The translations under genes were made by a program, and so were the position numbers. A stretch of 64,000 bases of DNA. It comes from Syntrophaceae bacterium UBA6252. Its GTDB lineage: Bacteria > Desulfobacterota > Syntrophia > Syntrophales > UBA6807. Within the stretch, counting starts at the first letter, position 1; every line of letters starts with the position of its first letter. The notes under the pieces are model-generated. The model made no database searches, was not told the origin of the DNA, and worked only from the letters and a program-made list of their open reading frames with translations. This document shows, one piece after another, positions 19,572 through 28,141 of the stretch. The stretch spans positions 37,057-101,056 of the forward strand of contig DJVQ01000036.1 of NCBI GenBank assembly GCA_002441265.1, written 5' to 3'.

Positions 19572-19652
19572 TGTGGTCCGGGGTTTCAGCCCTGGTTGAA
19601 ACGGGGAAAGCCGGGTTGATGTGGCTGTTCCCGGGGCTGATGGGGTTTTGAA
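19572..19652. repeat. Rep-B 5' partial unit
   Basis: TGTGGTCCGGGGTTTCAGCCCTGGTTGAAACGGGGAAAGCCGGGTTGATGTGGCTGTTCCCGGGG matches the first ~80 nt of Rep-B. Confidence 0.65.
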
Positions 19653-19944
19653 TGTAGTCCGGGGCTTCAGCCCCGGTTGGAACAGGGAAAGCTGATTGAC
19701 ATGGCGGTTCCGAGGGGCGTGGACGGTTTTCAGGCTCAGGAACCGCTTTTCGACGGTTCCATTTTTCTCGCTCCACTGCAACACCGCAAACGCGCCCTTC
19801 GGGCTTAGGAGCGGTGTTGCGGGCGTTCCGCTTCGAAAGGAACCGTAAGCGAAAAGGCGGTCATTCGCCTCCAAAACCGTCCCGCGTCCTGCTACGGTGA
19901 GCGTTTCCGGCAAGGTGCCGCCGGCGCTGAAGGGCCGGGCTACA
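19653..19944. repeat. Rep-B interspersed repeat, full copy
   Basis: Near-identical to 2558-2852 and has both terminal hairpins. Confidence 0.85.
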
Positions 19945-19991
19945 TAGGACAAAGACCGGCCGGTGCGGGCTCCGGCTCATGCGAATCTCGA

Positions 19992-20031
19992 ATGCGGCCC
20001 GGGGCAGCCGATTCTGAAGGGCCGGACTACA
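19992..20031. repeat. Rep-B right-end fragment
   Basis: TGCGGCCCGGGGCAGCCGATTCTGAAGGGCCGGACTACA. It contains the TAG stop (20027-20029) of the methyltransferase gene. Confidence 0.6.
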
Positions 20032-20581
20032 ATTTTCTGCCCAGGTAGAGCTGCCGGAGAAAATATTCGTCGTAATTTCTGAAAAGATTGCCGGGGATGC
20101 TCATCCTCAGGACCTCGATGCCCGAACGGGCAAGATCCTCCGCCGTGAGATGGCACGAGGTGTATCCCGTGATGATGACGTATCCTCCCGCGGCGAGTCT
20201 TCCGAGGGCGTTTCGAAGAACGGAGAGCGCCTTGTCCTTTGTGGGAAGGACCTGGCGGTTCAGAAGGCCGCAGAAAAGGATCAGGTCGAAGGTGACTTCC
20301 GCGGGAAGGATCTCGGCGATTTTCTCGCCGTCTCCCAGATAGATGTTTTCGAGGCGCCTGTCCTTTGCCGCTTCCACGTTTCCGTCGCTGATGTCGATGC
20401 CGTAACACTGGTAGCGGGACATCATCCCCCTGCGGATTTCGATGAGGTTCCCGCATCCGCAGCACTCCCATTCCCGTTCACAGCACCTGGGATCGCATTG
20501 CTCTCCGATGGTCTCGATGAGGTTGCCGCACCCGCATCCGGCGTCCAGGAGGCGTTTGGGGGGAATCCTGTCGAGCGCCAC
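20027..20581 (-). CDS. Class I SAM-dependent methyltransferase with a Cys-rich in-frame duplication
   Basis: 184 aa with a GTG start. Motif I LLDAGCGCGNLIE is followed by an extra TIGEQCDPRCCEREWECCGCGNLIE, and then YGIDIS (the acidic end of beta-2). Confidence 0.8.
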   Translation of the reverse strand: MALDRIPPKRLLDAGCGCGNLIETIGEQCDPRCCEREWECCGCGNLIEIRRGMMSRYQCYGIDISDGNVEAAKDRRLENIYLGDGEKIAEILPAEVTFDLILFCGLLNRQVLPTKDKALSVLRNALGRLAAGGYVIITGYTSCHLTAEDLARSGIEVLRMSIPGNLFRNYDEYFLRQLYLGRKL

Positions 20582-20599
20582 GGCCCGAAGATGTTCCGG

Positions 20600-21061
20600 T
20601 CAGAGACAGAGCTTGTTCAGCAGGCCCCCCGAATCGATTTCCTCCATGACGTCGATGATTCTGGGATAAATGTGGTCCCTGTAAATCCGATATTCCCGGG
20701 AGTCCTCGAAGATGTCCCATTCCACGGGGCGCGCGACGTTTCTTTCGGGGACGATGAGTTCCACTTCGCCGGGATGGCGGGAGGAAAGGTACTCCACGAG
20801 AAGGCTTTCCTCTGACGGGCTTACCGGGCGCCCGGAGACCTCCGGCCAGAATCCGTCGAGGCTGCCGGGGTCGGTGCCTTCCCACAGGAGGGCGATGTTC
20901 CTGAGGACGCCCCGGGGATCGTCTTCCTCGACGACGCTTCCCTGGAGAAATCGACAGTCCCTGTACCGGATCAGGTTGAACCAGGACCCGGTACGTTCCT
21001 CCTCGGGTCTGCCGCGGATCGTCCGGATGGTTTTTTCAAAATCGGTTTCCGTGACGGTCAT
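20600..21061 (-). CDS. Hypothetical protein (no recognisable motif)
   Basis: 153-aa ORF. It is in the same frame as, and 18 nt upstream of, the methyltransferase ORF, separated from it by a TGA. Confidence 0.55.
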   Translation of the reverse strand: MTVTETDFEKTIRTIRGRPEEERTGSWFNLIRYRDCRFLQGSVVEEDDPRGVLRNIALLWEGTDPGSLDGFWPEVSGRPVSPSEESLLVEYLSSRHPGEVELIVPERNVARPVEWDIFEDSREYRIYRDHIYPRIIDVMEEIDSGGLLNKLCL

Positions 21062-21142
21062 CGAACGCTTTCAGGTTCCGGACGTAAAAAAGGGGTTCAC
21101 CTCCAGGCGTCCCCCTTTGTCCGCTTCAATGAAAAAAGATGC

Positions 21143-21538
21143 CTATTTGATCGGCCATTCGCCCCGTTCCTTCAGGACCTCACGATAAACCTCCAGGGCC
21201 TCGTTCACCGCGGGCATGCCCGCGTAGGTCGCCACCTGGAAGAAGATCTCCGCGAGCTTCTTCGGGTCGCATCCCACGTTCAGGGCGGCGTTCACATGAA
21301 GTCTCAACTCCCCCGTGGCCCTCAGGGCCGCCAGCATGGCACAGGCCGCCATCTGCCGTTCAGGAAGCGTGAGAACCGTCCTGGAATAGAGATTTCCCGT
21401 GATGAACTTGGAGAATTCATTGGCCAGATCCTTGTCGAATTCCCGCCACATGAGATAGGGCGGGTCCATCTTGATGCCTTTGCCGAAAAGCTTCGTCGCT
21501 GTTTCCTGGGTTCTTTTCCTGATTGCCTCTTCGTTCAC
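21143..21538 (-). CDS. Carboxymuconolactone decarboxylase (AhpD-like) family protein
   Basis: 131 aa. Helical CMD-type sequence (ERQMAACAMLAALRATGELRLHVNAALNVG). Confidence 0.8.
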   Translation of the reverse strand: MNEEAIRKRTQETATKLFGKGIKMDPPYLMWREFDKDLANEFSKFITGNLYSRTVLTLPERQMAACAMLAALRATGELRLHVNAALNVGCDPKKLAEIFFQVATYAGMPAVNEALEVYREVLKERGEWPIK

Positions 21539-21630
21539 GACAACATCCTCCTTTTTGCGATCCTCCGGGTGATCCTTTCAGATTCCCTGGATTTCCGGCG
21601 ACTGTAATGGATAGGCACCCCCCTGTCAAG

Positions 21631-21756
21631 GTCGAAGTTCGGTGAATTCGCGGGAGTCAAGACAACACGTTTTCCAACGGCAAAGTAAAAAGCTCCGCAG
21701 CCAAGGCGCCCGGGCCCCGACGGCCGGGGCGTACTTCGGGTACGCCGCAGGGTTCA
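21631..21756. repeat. Rep-A interspersed repeat, 3'-truncated copy
   Basis: Core CGGCAAAGTAAAAAGCTCCGCAGCCAAGGCGCCCGGGCCCCGACG plus hairpin GGCGTAC-TTCGG-GTACGCC (21728-21746). It ends 1-2 nt from the HDAC-family stop. Confidence 0.7.
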
Positions 21757-21757
21757 G

Positions 21758-23074
21758 TTATTTGACGAGGTACAGATCCCTGTCCCGATCCTGAAAATAG
21801 ATGTGCTGATAGGGGCCGTCTCCCCGGGAACGGGATCCGTAGATCTCTTCCCCTTTCCGGCGGCATGCGGGACAGCTCCCGCCGGGGACCACCACGGCGA
21901 AGATCCGGGTGGTGTAATTCGCCGTCGAGTCGATGGTGACGAGACCGCCGCAGTCGTCGCAGACGCGGACTTCTTCCGTCTGCTCTTCCGAGATGTGGTC
22001 CGTGTCGTAGTACACGCTCCGGCGCCGCCGGATGAATTCGCTGTCCCGCCTGATCTTTTGCTTCTGCTCCTCACGCCGCTTCCAGAGTCCCAGGATCCCC
22101 TCGGAAAGCCTTTCGATGTAACGGGTCGTGTCGGCGGACTGCCGGATCCTCTCCGGGTCGTAGTCCGGTTCCCGCACCTGGCTGTAGTCCAGACCAGCCA
22201 TGGCGAGGATGATTCCCACGTTGATGTATGGCAGGGCCGTTTCCACCGAATATCCGCCCTCCAGAACGGCGATGTCCGGGGAAAGCCGGTCGTTGAGGCG
22301 GGCGTATCCCTGGGCGGTGAACTGCATGTCCGTGATGGGATCCGTGTAGTGGTTGTCCTGCCCGGCGGAGTTGATCACGAGATCGGGCTTGAAATCGTCG
22401 AGAATGGGCAGAATGAGATGGTCGAGAACGTACAGGAACCCTTCCTCGGACGTCTGCGGCGGCAGGGGGATGTTGACCGTCATTCCCACGGCGTTGGGTC
22501 CCCCGAACTCTTCCGGGAATCCAGAACCCGGGTAAAGGGTTCTTCCATCCTGGTGAATCGAGAGGAACAGGGTGTCCGGGTCGTGCCAGAAGATGTCCTG
22601 GGTCCCGTCCCCGTGATGGCAGTCCGTGTCCACGATGGCGATCCGCCTCCGGCCGTACTTTCTGCGGATGTGCTCGATCATGACCGCTTCGATGTTGATG
22701 TTGCAGAATCCACGGGCGCCGTGGACGATCCGCATGGCATGGTGACCGGGGGGACGGACCAGGGCGAAGGCGTTGTCCACTTCCCCGCTCATGACCTTGT
22801 CCGCGGCCGTGATGGCGCCGCCCGCCGAGATCATGTGGGATTCCGTGGTGACCCGCTCCACGTCGGGCACGCAGATGTGGACCCTCTCCACGTCCTCCTT
22901 CGTGGCGATTCCCGGTTTGAATTCGAAAATGTTGCCCAGGTCGAGAAGCCCTTCCTCGAAAACCTGGTCCTGGGTGTACAGGAGCCGTTCCTCCCGCTCC
23001 GGGTGGGTGGGGCTGATGGCCCAGTCGAAGGCGGGGAAGAACACGAGGCCCGTTTTTCTCTTTCCTGCCGTCAT
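21758..23074 (-). CDS. Histone deacetylase-family (arginase-fold) amidohydrolase with a C-terminal zinc-ribbon extension
   Basis: 438 aa. RPPGHHA, DCHHGDGTQ and LEGGYS catalytic motifs. C-terminal CDDCG...CPACRR lies at about 21850-21965. Confidence 0.9.
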   Translation of the reverse strand: MTAGKRKTGLVFFPAFDWAISPTHPEREERLLYTQDQVFEEGLLDLGNIFEFKPGIATKEDVERVHICVPDVERVTTESHMISAGGAITAADKVMSGEVDNAFALVRPPGHHAMRIVHGARGFCNINIEAVMIEHIRRKYGRRRIAIVDTDCHHGDGTQDIFWHDPDTLFLSIHQDGRTLYPGSGFPEEFGGPNAVGMTVNIPLPPQTSEEGFLYVLDHLILPILDDFKPDLVINSAGQDNHYTDPITDMQFTAQGYARLNDRLSPDIAVLEGGYSVETALPYINVGIILAMAGLDYSQVREPDYDPERIRQSADTTRYIERLSEGILGLWKRREEQKQKIRRDSEFIRRRRSVYYDTDHISEEQTEEVRVCDDCGGLVTIDSTANYTTRIFAVVVPGGSCPACRRKGEEIYGSRSRGDGPYQHIYFQDRDRDLYLVK

Positions 23075-24750
23075 GACGGTGTCCCTCCGTCTTTCCGGGG
23101 GCTGATGAGCCCCGGCTTGATCTGGGCCTTGATCCGGATGTTCTTTCCGGTGGTGTAGAATCCTCTTACCATGTTGAATTCCTGGTCCTCGATGATTTCC
23201 ATGATCAGGTCCTCCTCCCGGGCGCCCATCTTCAGGGCCCTTTCCAGGAGCTTTTCACGGCAGATGAAGAGGGCGTCATCCCGGGAGAACCTCCCGGGGA
23301 TGTCCTGCCGGATTCCTTCCTCCACGATGGTCAGGATCTTCTTCTCCGTGTCCGCGAGAAGGGTGATCTCCGTCGTTGTCCTTGCCAGGGCCGCCCCGAC
23401 GGCGTTGGCCACTTCCGCGTGCTTCGGCAGGCCGGGCCGGCAGCCGAGCAGTTCCCCGAGCCTCGGGGCCATGGCTTCCGCCGGCCCGCCGACGACGTAG
23501 AGAACCTTCGGCTCGATGATTTTGCCCTCCAGCATTTCGTGGATGGTGTAGACGGGCTTGTTGTTGATCTCGTCGAGGATCTCCCGGACGGCGTCCGCGA
23601 TCAGCCCGCACGTTTTTTCAAAGACGATCCGGGCCGTTTCCCCGGGAGAGGCGTTCGCCTCCCCGCCGAGGAGGTCCATGGCCGCCACGGCCTTTTCCCG
23701 GTCTCCGATCTTGGTGAGGCCGAGGACGATCATGGCGTCCGTGGGGGTGGGGAAGGGGCCGCCGAAGGCCATTGCCGGTCCCTCCCGTTCCGGGCCGATC
23801 CTGAGTTCCCCCTGTTCCCACCGGACCCTGCTGTCCCCGGCGACGCCGATGGACCGCGTCTGGAGACCCCGGACCAGGGTCTTCCGTCCTTCGATGGTGA
23901 CGCCGAAAGGCTCCAGGAGGGGGACGCCGTCTGCGAAGAGGGCGATGTCCGTGGTGGTTCCCCCGATGTCGAGGGCGACGGCGTCTTCCTTCCCTGCGGT
24001 CAGGCTCAGGATGCCCATGATGCTCGCCGCGGGTCCCGAAAGAATCGTCCCGACCGGGTATTTCGCCGACTGGCTGATTTCCGAGGTGCCGCCGTCGGCC
24101 TTGAGAATGTACACCGGTGCGGTGGTTCCGATCTCGGCGGTGAACCGGAGGATGTCCTCGACGAACCGGTTGTAGACCCTCCAGATGGCGGCGTTCAGGT
24201 AGGTCGTGGCGATCCGCCTGGGGTAATTCAGGTTTCCCGACATGCGGTGGCCGAAGGAGAGATGCTCGAAGTCCCCTTCGACGAGATCGCCGATTCTCTG
24301 CTCGAGACCGGGATTTCTCGTGGAAAACTTTCCCACGATTCCCAGGTGGCGGATTCCTTTTTTCTTCAGGCTGTCCGCCGCATCGCGGACTTCCCTCTCG
24401 TCCGTTCCCGCCGCTTCGAGTCCCCGGTGGCTGACGTACCCGGAGATGAAGCGGGTGTCCTCGTTGATCCGGAGCGTCTCCGGGGCAAGCCCCGGCCCTC
24501 CCGCGAGGATCATTCCCACCCGGTCCACCCGGTTCTGCACGATGGCGTTGGTGGACATGGTGGTGCTCAGGACGATCCTTTCGAGCTGTTTCAGGTCTCC
24601 CCCGTTCAGGATCCGGGAAGTCGCCTCCCGGAACGAGACGATGAGGTTTTCGGGGTTCGTGAGGACTTTGGCGGATGCGACCACTTCGAAGCGGCCGTTC
24701 AGGAGAACGGCGTCCGTGTGGGTGCCGCCGACATCGATTCCCAGGATCAT
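23071..24750 (-). CDS. Hydantoinase/oxoprolinase (HyuA-like, ASKHA fold) family protein
   Basis: 559 aa. MILGIDVGGTHTDAVLL N-terminus and a second phosphate motif LDIGGTTTDIA. Its stop overlaps the HDAC-family start (ATGA). Confidence 0.85.
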   Translation of the reverse strand: MILGIDVGGTHTDAVLLNGRFEVVASAKVLTNPENLIVSFREATSRILNGGDLKQLERIVLSTTMSTNAIVQNRVDRVGMILAGGPGLAPETLRINEDTRFISGYVSHRGLEAAGTDEREVRDAADSLKKKGIRHLGIVGKFSTRNPGLEQRIGDLVEGDFEHLSFGHRMSGNLNYPRRIATTYLNAAIWRVYNRFVEDILRFTAEIGTTAPVYILKADGGTSEISQSAKYPVGTILSGPAASIMGILSLTAGKEDAVALDIGGTTTDIALFADGVPLLEPFGVTIEGRKTLVRGLQTRSIGVAGDSRVRWEQGELRIGPEREGPAMAFGGPFPTPTDAMIVLGLTKIGDREKAVAAMDLLGGEANASPGETARIVFEKTCGLIADAVREILDEINNKPVYTIHEMLEGKIIEPKVLYVVGGPAEAMAPRLGELLGCRPGLPKHAEVANAVGAALARTTTEITLLADTEKKILTIVEEGIRQDIPGRFSRDDALFICREKLLERALKMGAREEDLIMEIIEDQEFNMVRGFYTTGKNIRIKAQIKPGLISPRKDGGTPS

Positions 24751-24827
24751 GGCGTTTCCCCCGGTCCGTGATGACGAGACCGCCCGGGCCCCGGGCGGCG
24801 TTCGGTGTTTCCTGTGAAGCCTCTCAT

Positions 24828-25004
24828 GACGGCTTTCGTCTTGACGCGCTCACTTCAGAGATCAAAAAACTTCTTTCGAAGGGCAACGTAGAAAGTTCAG
24901 GAGGCATGGCGCCCGACTCCCGGGACCGGCGCATATGGAGAATACGCCGCAGGGACGGTGAGCAACGGGCGACGCGGCATGGGACTTTTACGGAGCCATC
25001 CGTC
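24828..25004. repeat. Rep-A interspersed repeat, diverged copy
   Basis: GGCAACGTAGAAAGTTCAGGAGGCATGGCGCCCGACTCCCGG core and right end GGGACTTTTACGGAGCCATCCGTC. The boundaries are approximate. Confidence 0.55.
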
Positions 25005-25540
25005 TTGTATCACAGGCGGTGGGGGACCGTCAATTTCCCCGAGTCAGCTTTTCCTTGACTTGGCGGGCTTTTTTCTGTATGCCGAAGACGTTACACAATC
25101 CCCGCCATAATAAATTTAGGACATTCGGAACTGATCGAACACTCCCGTTTCCAGGGAACGGCTGGACTCGGGACATAGCGTTGGAGGAAAGGTGACTCCT
25201 TTCGGATTCGTCCCTGTGGTCCGTCATCGAGCCTTTTTGTGTCCGTTACTCCCCGTGACGCCGACCGTCCCCCTTTATTCCCTGAAATCCGAAATCTGTG
25301 CGCAAGCACCTCCATCCAAGTGCTTCCGGGAAGACCTGCATCATGAGAAAGGCTTTCATCCCGCGGGGAGCAAACCCGCCCCGCGGAAGGAAATCCCCGG
25401 GTTTGGGAAGGAGGTGACAGGCGTCGCGTGATGACATCAGGGGGATGTCCGCCGTTCCCCCCGTTCCAGGAAACAAGGGAAATCGTGACAGAACAGCGGA
25501 CGATTGATTTTTCAGAACGCGAATGTATTAGGAGGTGATT

Positions 25541-26941
25541 ATGTTATCCGGTATCGGCCGCTTTTTTGCGGAAAAATTCAGAAGATGGCTTCCTGACTCG
25601 TTTATTTTCGCTATTTTGCTGACCTTTCTCGCGGCAATCATGGCGCTCCTGTTCGTGAAGGCGACGCCTCACGCCATCGTTCAGGGATGGTACAAGGGGT
25701 TCTGGATGCTCCTGGGCTTCGCCATGCAGATGATTCTCATCCTCGTTACGGGATACGCCATCGCCATATCCCCTCCGGCGGAGAAGTTCCTCAACTGGCT
25801 CGCGGAACGGGTAAAGAGCCCTGTCGCCGTATACGCCGTCGTGACGTTCATGGGCTGCGTCTTCTCCCTCATCAGTTGGGGCTGGATCGTCCTCACGGCG
25901 GTCCTGGGGAGGGAACTTGCGAAGAGGGTGAAGAAAGTGGATTACAGGCTTCTGGCCGCCTGCGTCTACACGGCGTTCATCCCGTGGCACGGCGGACTGT
26001 CCGGTTCGATCCCCCTCGTCCTCAACACGCCGGAAAACTTTCTCATCAAGGCCAAGGTCCTCGGGGAGACCATCCCCACGTCCCTGACCCTTCTGAGCCC
26101 CATGAACATCGTCTGCAACCTGGCGTTTCTCATCGCTCTTCCCGCCCTGATGGTCATGATGCGGCCCTCCGATGAGCATGTGACGGAATTTTCCGACATG
26201 CTCGACGAGGAGCACAAGTTCGCGAAACCCGTTACCGTGGCGGATGAGGCCGCGTCCCTGAACATGAAGGACAAGAACCTTTCCGACCTCCTGAACAACA
26301 GCGTGATCCTTCAGGTCCTCATTGTTCTCATGGGCGCGTGGATCATCGTGGAGCACTTCTACGGCAAGGGTTTCGACGTCAACCTGAACATCATGAACTT
26401 CCTGTTCATCATCGTGGGGATGCTCTGCCACAAAACGCCCCTCCGTTACCTGATCGCCATGAAGAGGGCCTGCAGCAACGTTTCCGGCATCGTTCTCCAG
26501 TTTCCCTTCTATGCCGGCATCATGGGGATCATGATGTACACGGGTCTCGGGAAGGCCATCGCCGCCTGGCTCGCGGGCTTCGCGACGGTCGGCAGCTACC
26601 CCTTCATCTGCTTCATCATCGGGGGATTCGTGAACATCTTCATCCCCTCGGGCGGCGGCGAGTGGGCCGTGGTCGGCCAGCCGATCATCGAGGCCGCGAG
26701 GACCCTGGGCGCCACCCTGTCCCCGGACCAGCTGACGGCGTTCATCTCCCGCTCCAGCATGGCCATCGCCTACGGCGACGCGTGGACGAACATGATCCAG
26801 CCCTTCTGGACCCTGGCGTTCTTCCCCGTCATCGCGGCGGGGACCAAGATGCAGGCCAGGGACATCATGGGATACACCTTCGTGTCGCTGATCGTTGCTT
26901 TCTTCGTGTTTGCCATCTGCGTCACGTGGCTGCCCGTCTAA
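25541..26941 (+). CDS. atoE: Short-chain fatty acid transporter AtoE family
   Basis: The ATG lies 5 nt after AGGAGG. The multi-TM protein has RWLPDSFIFAILLT, QFPFYAGIMG and PSGGGEW blocks, colinear with E. coli AtoE as I recall it. Confidence 0.9.
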   Translation: MLSGIGRFFAEKFRRWLPDSFIFAILLTFLAAIMALLFVKATPHAIVQGWYKGFWMLLGFAMQMILILVTGYAIAISPPAEKFLNWLAERVKSPVAVYAVVTFMGCVFSLISWGWIVLTAVLGRELAKRVKKVDYRLLAACVYTAFIPWHGGLSGSIPLVLNTPENFLIKAKVLGETIPTSLTLLSPMNIVCNLAFLIALPALMVMMRPSDEHVTEFSDMLDEEHKFAKPVTVADEAASLNMKDKNLSDLLNNSVILQVLIVLMGAWIIVEHFYGKGFDVNLNIMNFLFIIVGMLCHKTPLRYLIAMKRACSNVSGIVLQFPFYAGIMGIMMYTGLGKAIAAWLAGFATVGSYPFICFIIGGFVNIFIPSGGGEWAVVGQPIIEAARTLGATLSPDQLTAFISRSSMAIAYGDAWTNMIQPFWTLAFFPVIAAGTKMQARDIMGYTFVSLIVAFFVFAICVTWLPV

Positions 26942-27092
26942 AAACGTTTTCTTCCGTCCGGACCCGGGGCCCGCGTTCCTGCGGGCCCCGGCTTCCCGGG
27001 CCGGTCTCCCGCGGCCGGATCCCGCGATCCGGCGGCCCCGTCCCGCGAAAAAAAAGAAACCGGAAGCCGGCTTGAAAGAAGCCGCCGTCTTT

Positions 27093-27253
27093 GACGAACT
27101 CGTAAAAGACAAGACACCCCTTTTTTCTAACGGCAAAGGAAAAAGCTCCAGAGGCAAGGCGCCCGAATCGCGACGACCGAGGCGTACTTCCGGTACGCCG
27201 CAGGGACGAGGGATGAAGGGGAACGCAGGATATGGGGCTTTTTACGAAACCGC
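27093..27253. repeat. Rep-A interspersed repeat, full copy
   Basis: GACGAACTCGTAAAAG ... GGGGCTTTTTACGAAACCGCC. Core and hairpin GGCGTAC-TTCCG-GTACGCC (27181-27199) are conserved. Confidence 0.8.
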
Positions 27254-27351
27254 CCCTCTTGACAAGAGGAGGGCGTTCCCTTACGAAAGGGAACGGGGCG
27301 GTTCGCCCGGGGGGCTTTGGGCGCCCGCCCGGAAACGGAACAGGAGGGAAT

Positions 27352-28137
27352 ATGACGCGAAGACGATTCATCGATTTAAGCATCAGCATCGAACCCGCCC
27401 TTCCGAGCGATCCTCCGATGATGATTCCCGAAGTGGAGTACGTCGGCCACGAGGAGGGCGCGGAGCAGATGAAGTCCTTCTTCCCGGGGCTCGTCCGGGA
27501 GCAGCTCCCCGGAGGCCTGGGGTGGGCCCTGGAATTCCTCCGGCTGACCTCCCACAGCGGAACGCACCTGGATGCCCCGTATCACTACCATCCTACAATG
27601 GACGGGGGAAGCCCGGCTCTCACGATCGACGAGATCCCCCTCGACTGGTGCTTCGGCAACGGCGTGGTCCTGGATTTTTCCCGCAAAGGGGACGGCGAAC
27701 GGATCACTGCGGCGGACCTGAAGGAGGAACTTGAAAGGATCGGCTACCGGATCAGGCCGATGGACATCGTTCTCATCCGGACCGGCGCCGACGCGGCCTG
27801 GGGAACGCCGGCCTACCTGACGAAGGGGGCCGGGATGGATCGGGAAAGCACCCTGTACCTGCTGGACCAGGGCGTCAGGGTGGTCGGCATCGACGCCTGG
27901 AGCTGGGACCGGCCCCTTCCTTTCCTGGCGGAGGAATTCCGGAAAACCGGCGACCCGAAGGTCGTCTGGGAAGCACACTTCGCGGGAATCGAACGGGGAT
28001 ACTGTCACATGGAGAAAATGGCGAACCTTGCGGCGATCGGCAGGCCCTTCGGATTCACCGTCTGCTGTTTCCCCGTCAGGATCAAGGGGGCGAGCGCCGG
28101 GTGGGTGCGGCCGGTGGCCATCATCGAGGAGGAATGA
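27352..28137 (+). CDS. Cyclase-family metal-dependent hydrolase (kynurenine formamidase-like)
   Basis: 261 aa from the ATG after CAGGAGGGAA. It carries the HSGTHLDAPYH metal-binding motif. Confidence 0.85.
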   Translation: MTRRRFIDLSISIEPALPSDPPMMIPEVEYVGHEEGAEQMKSFFPGLVREQLPGGLGWALEFLRLTSHSGTHLDAPYHYHPTMDGGSPALTIDEIPLDWCFGNGVVLDFSRKGDGERITAADLKEELERIGYRIRPMDIVLIRTGADAAWGTPAYLTKGAGMDRESTLYLLDQGVRVVGIDAWSWDRPLPFLAEEFRKTGDPKVVWEAHFAGIERGYCHMEKMANLAAIGRPFGFTVCCFPVRIKGASAGWVRPVAIIEEE

Positions 28138-28141
28138 AATC

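Noticed and set aside
19212-20031. Possible CRISPR array formed by the repeated units here, at 2262-2924 and at 44077-44139
   Set aside because: The Rep-B units are ~300 bp with shared rather than unique intervening sequence. The 21-bp repeats are directly tandem with no spacers. No cas genes are present.
20600-20602. Selenocysteine recoding of the in-frame TGA between the hypothetical ORF and the methyltransferase
   Set aside because: No convincing SECIS-like stem-loop lies immediately 3' of the TGA, and same-frame adjacency has a one-in-three chance expectation. It is kept only as a minor note in the finding.
25005-25540. Sigma54 (-24 GG / -12 GC) promoters upstream of the atoE genes, as in E. 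coli ato
   Set aside because: The candidate TGG...GC strings (for example TGGAGAACAGGCATGCA near 30490) have the wrong GG-to-GC spacing. No AtoC-like enhancer-binding protein is encoded in the window.
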